From UHGV virus genome UHGV-1788846: 20,792 nucleotides of DNA; one strand, given 5' to 3'. This DNA is from a virus. Within the stretch, counting starts at the first letter, position 1; the number at the start of each line of letters is the position of its first letter. Positions 16,501 to 20,792 of this stretch are shown piece by piece. The position numbers and the translations under genes were made by a program. The notes beneath the pieces were generated by a model. It had not been told where the DNA came from and searched no databases. It worked only from the letters and a program-made list of their open reading frames with translations.

Positions 16501-17454
16501 ACCCAAAGCAATATATCTTTCTCCCATTGGAGTAGGAGAACCGTAGTTGTTAGTATTTTCATCAGTGGTAATTGTGCCAATAGCAAGTGAACGACGTAAT
16601 ACCATTGCGCCATCATTACGAAGACCCATTAATTTAGTAGTAAGTGTATTTCCGGTCCACCAAGAAATTTCATCATTCTTACCAGTTTGAGCTGAAGCGA
16701 TTTCATGGTAAATAGTTCCGCCTGATTTAGCTCTAACTTTACGAAGATAGTTTATACCATTTTCTTCACCTGTTCCAGGATAAACATATTGAACTAATGA
16801 CTGTGAATCATATTGTCCAAATGCTTTTGTATCTAAAATAATATTTTTAGTATTAATCTGAGGCGAAGTAATATTTCCGAGAGCTGCAATATTTCCAGAT
16901 GTAGTTATACTACCTCCTGATACTGCTAAACCTCCACCGTCAACAACAAATCCGCCGTCACGTCGAAACGTCCAATATTTCGAATCGCCAGATTCATTGA
17001 TATAATGAATCTTCAACGAACCTTCAGAAACTAAAGTACCTAATGAAAAAGTTCCATCTTTAAAGCGCTGTTTAATTATAGGATTATATTCAGATGTGGA
17101 AGTAGCTGAGCTTAAATCTACAAAAATTGGAGCTTTCGCAGTATGTTGACCGGACCAAGCCCCACTTCCAGTAGTACGATAATTAAACTCAATATATCCA
17201 CCGCTTGCTACAATTTGCGGACCAATTAAATTAAATTTTCCAGTCTGTGTATAATCGCCAGTTTGAGTGATATTTCCACTAATATTACCGCCAGCGGTAA
17301 TGCTTAAATCAATAATATTTCCCGAGTCATCTTTAGTAAAAAGAGTACGGTCTTTTAAGTTTATAGCCAATTCACCTTCGGCTAATACTGAAGCAGCAGG
17401 ACGTTGACCTGCAGTTTTGCTTCTTTTAAATTGTATTTGTTTTAAAGTAGCCAT
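13582..17454 (-). CDS. 37: Long tail fibre distal subunit gp37, 1290 aa, with a C-terminal intramolecular-chaperone-type domain
   Basis: N-terminus MATLKQIQFKRSKTAGQRPAASVLAEGELAINLKDRTLF is the conserved gp37 start; the long repetitive Gly/Thr/Ser/Asn-rich body is typical of fibre shafts; C-terminal …YIRSDVRLKSNF… motif. Confidence 0.9.
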   Translation of the reverse strand: MATLKQIQFKRSKTAGQRPAASVLAEGELAINLKDRTLFTKDDSGNIIDLSITAGGNISGNITQTGDYTQTGKFNLIGPQIVASGGYIEFNYRTTGSGAWSGQHTAKAPIFVDLSSATSTSEYNPIIKQRFKDGTFSLGTLVSEGSLKIHYINESGDSKYWTFRRDGGFVVDGGGLAVSGGSITTSGNIAALGNITSPQINTKNIILDTKAFGQYDSQSLVQYVYPGTGEENGINYLRKVRAKSGGTIYHEIASAQTGKNDEISWWTGNTLTTKLMGLRNDGAMVLRRSLAIGTITTDENTNNYGSPTPMGERYIALGDAATGLKYIKQGVYDLVGNWNSVASITPDSFRSTRKALFGRSEDQGGTWTMPGTNAALLSVQTQADVNNAGDGQTHIGYNSGGKFSHYFRGKGQTNINTQEGMEINPGILKLVTGSNNVQFYANGTVSSIQRIKFDNGLVLTGARPDGIQLDAPTSADGTKTILWAGGTRAGQNKSYVSIKAWGNSFNASGDRNRETVFEVADGQGYYFYAQRVAPASGSTTGVIQFRIAGALLTGGGITSSGSIVTESSLVANNGLSVNGQAKFGGTADALRIWNAEYGAIFRRSETNFYIIPTLQNAGESGGISNLRPFTINLANGSVMMGNHTQAGKNLLTIDNVSKFVQTDVRLRVNMDSDAIVVNASSQAASNFIQGRKADVTKWYLGIGDGGNVVRMHNYTYSHGIALNSDTVDITKPLKINDIRIGTDGNITGGTGNFANLNTTLNRKTSVGGWAGSSVDGWYKFATVTIPQGTGTVTFKISGGAGFNFKSYSQASVAEIVLRTGNNNPKGINAVLWNRSDLSFNQIATMNTSGDTYDVYVFCAGYTNALVVEYSCSENSSVTVVGLNGGIQPVVDALPEGHVVGKTVRLLNNIGGTFAAGESNIVTRGEYVTDNQKGMRIKSNGNNIGSNAALIRNDGGSFYILATDKNTEEKPDAANGDWNGLRPFSINMTDGRVGMNHGLNITGGGLNVTGGNTNLGNISSRLVSYARAPSGWGDTSDAMKSKITFMADHGDLSNSGSYYPIVGAWSNYGSAGYRQTFEFGWVGSGTTAGWRDGIIRIRGDNANGQQARWRFTMDGTLDCPGKVLLPQTSAFGVNTTNGWGGNSIAIGDSDTGFRQVGDGLLEAWANNVKVVRFTSSEVYSEKNVNAPNVYIRSDVRLKSNFKPIKNALERVEQLDGLIYDKAEYIGGEPVQTEAGIIAQTLQDVLPEAVHETEDSKGNKILTVSSQAQIALLVEAVKTLSARVKELESKLM

Positions 17455-17462
17455 AAGTCCTC

Positions 17463-18128
17463 TTAATAATAGCCGAAATCTTGAACAGAATCCTTAATTA
17501 CGATTTGGTCAAATCGCGGAACGTGTGAAGGTTGAGATGCAGGATTCTGCGAGAAAAAGTTTGGCGCTGTTAAATTACCTGTCATAGTGTCACCTTTACG
17601 GAAAACTCTAGAATCCGCATTTGCCGTAACAGTATTTATTGCTCCATCAACGTAGTCCTTTCTAGTAAGGTCATTCGCTGCTACAGGAGTAACTGCATTA
17701 CTTCTTATTTGACCTACTGCTGTCACAACGCCCTTTGTACTAATATCACCATTACGTGCATTAATTACAACAGTTCGGTCTGCTGAACCTTGTGATGATT
17801 TAAAACCAATACCATTCCACGAAACGATGTCAATATTCGTCACAGCGAAAGTAGCATTATCACCGTTACCTGGATAAATACCGCATGGGTTTGTGTTGTT
17901 TACAGCATACGGGACTTGGACGCCGCCGTTAAATGTTACCTTTGATGCATAAGTACCACCATTAGCTTTAGAAACGAAATCGTTATCAGCAGCTTGCGGT
18001 TTATTATATTCTGAATATATTTTAAATGATTTATAGAGTACATCGTCACCGGCTGGATTCAATGGAAAATTTCCTTGATGCCAAATGACAGAGCCTCCAG
18101 TTGTTGAACCTACTTTTAAATCAGCCAT
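17463..18128 (-). CDS. 36: Long tail fibre subunit gp36, 221 aa
   Basis: 221 aa as T4 gp36; immediately upstream of gene 37 with an 8-nt gap; preceded by a late promoter. Confidence 0.85.
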   Translation of the reverse strand: MADLKVGSTTGGSVIWHQGNFPLNPAGDDVLYKSFKIYSEYNKPQAADNDFVSKANGGTYASKVTFNGGVQVPYAVNNTNPCGIYPGNGDNATFAVTNIDIVSWNGIGFKSSQGSADRTVVINARNGDISTKGVVTAVGQIRSNAVTPVAANDLTRKDYVDGAINTVTANADSRVFRKGDTMTGNLTAPNFFSQNPASQPSHVPRFDQIVIKDSVQDFGYY

Positions 18129-18152
18129 TGTATGCCCCTTTATTTTAATAGT

Positions 18153-18160
18153 ATTTATAA
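18153..18160 (-). promoter_or_regulatory. T4 late promoter TATAAATACTATT (core at 18153-18160, - strand) for genes 36-37-38
   Basis: Exact TATAAATA core with the extended CTATT consensus, about 25 nt upstream of the gene 36 ATG, followed by RBS AAAGGGG. Confidence 0.8.
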
Positions 18161-18185
18161 AGAAAAAGGGAACCCGAAGGCTCCC
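18161..18185 (-). terminator. Terminator-like hairpin after gene 35: GGGAGCC-UUCG-GGUUCCC plus UUUUUCU on the - strand
   Basis: The stem is fully paired only in the - strand RNA (a G-U wobble replaces an A-C mismatch seen on the + strand), the loop is UUCG and a U-run follows. Confidence 0.6.
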
Positions 18186-18190
18186 TCAAT

Positions 18191-19306
18191 TTAAACTTCT
18201 CTAAATTCTTGTCCAAACACTTTACCAGCTTTAGACGATGCTTGCGTAGGAAGTACCATTATATCCGGAGGTGAAGCAGATTCACAGATATAATTAACAC
18301 GAATACCATTGACGCCAAATTCAGCAGGTTTTGAAATACCGCCGTTTCTTGATACTTCAGAAAAGCTTAAATTTCTCATGCCACCTTGTCCAGCTTGTGC
18401 AGTTCTTTGTGCATATATCGTAAATCCTACTGCGTTTTCTGGAACAACTACATAATCTTCCTTTAATTCCCATGACCCAGCTTGCCCAGTAAACTCAGCT
18501 TGTGTTGAAGAAATATATCCATTCGATGCATTATAAAAACGGATAGATATATTTGTAGTTCCAAGCGCGAGTAAATCGGCATCAGCATATAACTGAGCTT
18601 TAAGATAAAGAACATCGCCAGGGATTAAATTATAATCAGAGAGTTTACTTATAGCAGCTGAAGTTGGCAAACGCGCAATTTCGTTATTAGTTCCACCAAC
18701 CGCCGACATAAATTGCTCAACGCTTTCGTACGTTCTTTTTGGAAACCCGGTAGCTCCGATGTCTTCTAAACTGTCAAACACCACATCTAAAATAGTTTGA
18801 TAGTCATCTGTGCTTTTTCTGTTGCTCAGTTTAACATGCTCTAATGCAATAGCTCTTTTAGAAGAAGTGTAAAAAGCAGCATATGATACGTCAAATCTTG
18901 CCAGCAAAGAATCAGATGGAAAAGCAGACGTTCCTGCGGTTCTCAACCAAGATACTACTTCAGGAGGAAAATTAACCTTTCCGCTAGTTAATATAGCAAC
19001 AAGTCTGTTATTCGTCAAAGAATTCATGAAACTAACAAAAGCAGCCGATGTAGTATCATTTGAAGTCGAAAAAGCATATGACTTACTATCAACTAATGCT
19101 CCGGTGGAAGGGTCAAAAACTCTTAAATGAAGTCCTGCGCTAAATGTTTGACTTCCAACAGGATTATCCTGAAATTTAACGTATGGTCCTGCTGTAGAAA
19201 GCGGGCAAGAACCCGCTATACTTATTTTATATCTTACTGAATTACTTTCCGATAAAAATGGCGTTTGGACATATCCTTGTCCAAACTCTGCCATAAATTT
19301 TTCCAT
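18191..19306 (-). CDS. 35: Long tail fibre hinge connector gp35, 371 aa
   Basis: Size close to T4 gp35 (372 aa as I recall); located between 34 and 36; ATG with an upstream AGAGG-type RBS. Confidence 0.85.
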   Translation of the reverse strand: MEKFMAEFGQGYVQTPFLSESNSVRYKISIAGSCPLSTAGPYVKFQDNPVGSQTFSAGLHLRVFDPSTGALVDSKSYAFSTSNDTTSAAFVSFMNSLTNNRLVAILTSGKVNFPPEVVSWLRTAGTSAFPSDSLLARFDVSYAAFYTSSKRAIALEHVKLSNRKSTDDYQTILDVVFDSLEDIGATGFPKRTYESVEQFMSAVGGTNNEIARLPTSAAISKLSDYNLIPGDVLYLKAQLYADADLLALGTTNISIRFYNASNGYISSTQAEFTGQAGSWELKEDYVVVPENAVGFTIYAQRTAQAGQGGMRNLSFSEVSRNGGISKPAEFGVNGIRVNYICESASPPDIMVLPTQASSKAGKVFGQEFREV

Positions 19307-19314
19307 AATACCTC

Positions 19315-20792
19315 TTATTCAATCCATTCAAATTTAACAGATTTATTCACTGGGTCAGGAATAATGCGAACATTACCAATTCGTAAGAAATCACGAATAG
19401 TAAGATTCCCCATTGTAGCATTATCAGATGGTAAAGCACCAATATCAGATGGTTGTGGAGGGTTACCTCCATCAAATACCTGAACAAAACTTGACCAAGA
19501 GTTTTTGGTTTTCTGCCATGTACGTGTCCAGCGAGTGGTACGTGCTTCTGGAGTAGTTGGATAAGTAATCCAATCTTGGTAAAGCGAATCAAGTGTGTTA
19601 CCAAACTGAGTCAATGTACCAGGAGATTTAACTTCTTCGCCACGTTCTAAGTATGGAAGTCCAGTCACTTCATTAGTTTTTTCAACCATTTTAAAATAAC
19701 CTGGGAACTGGTTATAAGTGGCTGAATCGTTAATATCGATTGACCAGAATCCTACAGTATCAGATGTTGGTGCACGGGTATATAAATCAGATGTTTTAGT
19801 ACCCTGAGAACGAATTCTCGAGTTAACAGTTAAACCACCTGAATTTATAGTAGCACCTTTGGCAATGATTAAGCTTTCACCAATCGTTACTTGACCGGAC
19901 TGATTGTTAATAGCTAAAGGACGTAATCCATTAAATCCGCCAGTCTGATCACCCGATGCAGTAAGCATGAAATAGGTGTTAGCAGCATCGTTGCGAATAA
20001 AGAATCCATAATCACCGTTTATTGCTCTGAAAGCATTTGCAGACTTGCTGATGAATTCACCATTAGCAGTAACTGAACTACCAAATGTCGCAACGCCGCC
20101 CGCGTTCAAAGAACCCGAAGCATTAACGTTTATCGGCATCACAGTACCATTGATACTAAACGTTATATTCCCAGCTTTATTACGTTGAGAATAAAAGTGA
20201 TTAGACGTTTCATCGCCAACCTCAAATACAGTAGAACGTGTTGTATCTGAACCGCCACCAAACTGATTTCCCCAAACTCTGATAGTCATCGTCTGTGCTG
20301 GGTTAGTTCCAGTCTGAGGTCCTTTCTCAAAAATCAGACGAGTTGCCGTTCCAGTATTAGAAATAGTTAATGTGCTGTTTGCCGAAACTGATCCGCCAAA
20401 CGTAGCAGTACTAGATGATACAAGAGGGGCACTCAGATTCGTTTGCTGGGTTAAGGTTAGTGAACCATTAACCGTCTGTGCAATATCCCTACGAATGAAC
20501 TGGGATGAATCTAGACCATCCAATAAATTTGTATCAGCAGCTTTTGCTTTTAATGGCAAATAATTTGCTAATACACGGTTTAATTCATATGGTGATACTG
20601 CATAGCTATTTTTCTCATACAGTTCTAAATCTTGGGTAGAACCGACTGTATCATTACCAACGAATGTAATTGAACCAGATGAAGTTTTAACAAAACCTCT
20701 TATTGCAGTAGTAGCTGCCCAAGTAGGTTCACTCTGCACAATCCATTTTAAATTTTTTGGAGATACAGCAGTATTTGCTGACGTTCCAGCTA
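19315..20792 (-). CDS. 34: Long tail fibre proximal subunit gp34, C-terminal portion; 5'-truncated by the window edge
   Basis: The frame stays open to the window end (the track start at 20739 is a GTG inside an open frame); repetitive fibre-like composition; stops 8 nt before gene 35. Confidence 0.8.
   Translation of the reverse strand, partial: AGTSANTAVSPKNLKWIVQSEPTWAATTAIRGFVKTSSGSITFVGNDTVGSTQDLELYEKNSYAVSPYELNRVLANYLPLKAKAADTNLLDGLDSSQFIRRDIAQTVNGSLTLTQQTNLSAPLVSSSTATFGGSVSANSTLTISNTGTATRLIFEKGPQTGTNPAQTMTIRVWGNQFGGGSDTTRSTVFEVGDETSNHFYSQRNKAGNITFSINGTVMPINVNASGSLNAGGVATFGSSVTANGEFISKSANAFRAINGDYGFFIRNDAANTYFMLTASGDQTGGFNGLRPLAINNQSGQVTIGESLIIAKGATINSGGLTVNSRIRSQGTKTSDLYTRAPTSDTVGFWSIDINDSATYNQFPGYFKMVEKTNEVTGLPYLERGEEVKSPGTLTQFGNTLDSLYQDWITYPTTPEARTTRWTRTWQKTKNSWSSFVQVFDGGNPPQPSDIGALPSDNATMGNLTIRDFLRIGNVRIIPDPVNKSVKFEWIE

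Noticed and set aside
1-20792. Searched for CRISPR arrays, tRNA genes, transposase or integrase genes and homing endonuclease (GIY-YIG or HNH) ORFs
   Set aside because: No direct-repeat/spacer arrays, no cloverleaf-compatible segments and no ORFs with the corresponding catalytic motifs were seen; gene density and order are fully explained by phage early and late genes.

Overview
This window reads as a segment of a T-even (T4-like) coliphage genome; I found no evidence of an undescribed system, only known T-even biology plus a set of uncharacterised small early ORFs. The + strand carries an early/middle block: the 3' part of the topoisomerase large-subunit gene (39, continuous with the part that is gene 60 in T4), rIIA.1, rIIA, rIIB, a non-essential stretch of small ORFs (denB-like, ndd, stp, ac), topoisomerase gene 52, motA, several uncharacterised small ORFs, an Arn-like acidic protein and asiA. 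The - strand carries a late block that converges on it with no intergenic gap: holin t, a T2-type gp38 adhesin with glycine-rich motifs, long-tail-fibre genes 37, 36, 35 and the 3' part of 34. Four sigma70-type T4 early promoters, one canonical late promoter (TATAAATACTATT) and several C(UUCG)G hairpins oriented with transcription can be read directly. Protein identities rest on motifs visible in the translations and on my recollection of T4 proteins; no database search was possible. The items most worth a second look are the uncharacterised ORFs between motA and asiA, the overlapping micro-ORFs encoding hydrophobic peptides, and the T2-type host-range module (processed gp37 tip plus gp38 adhesin).
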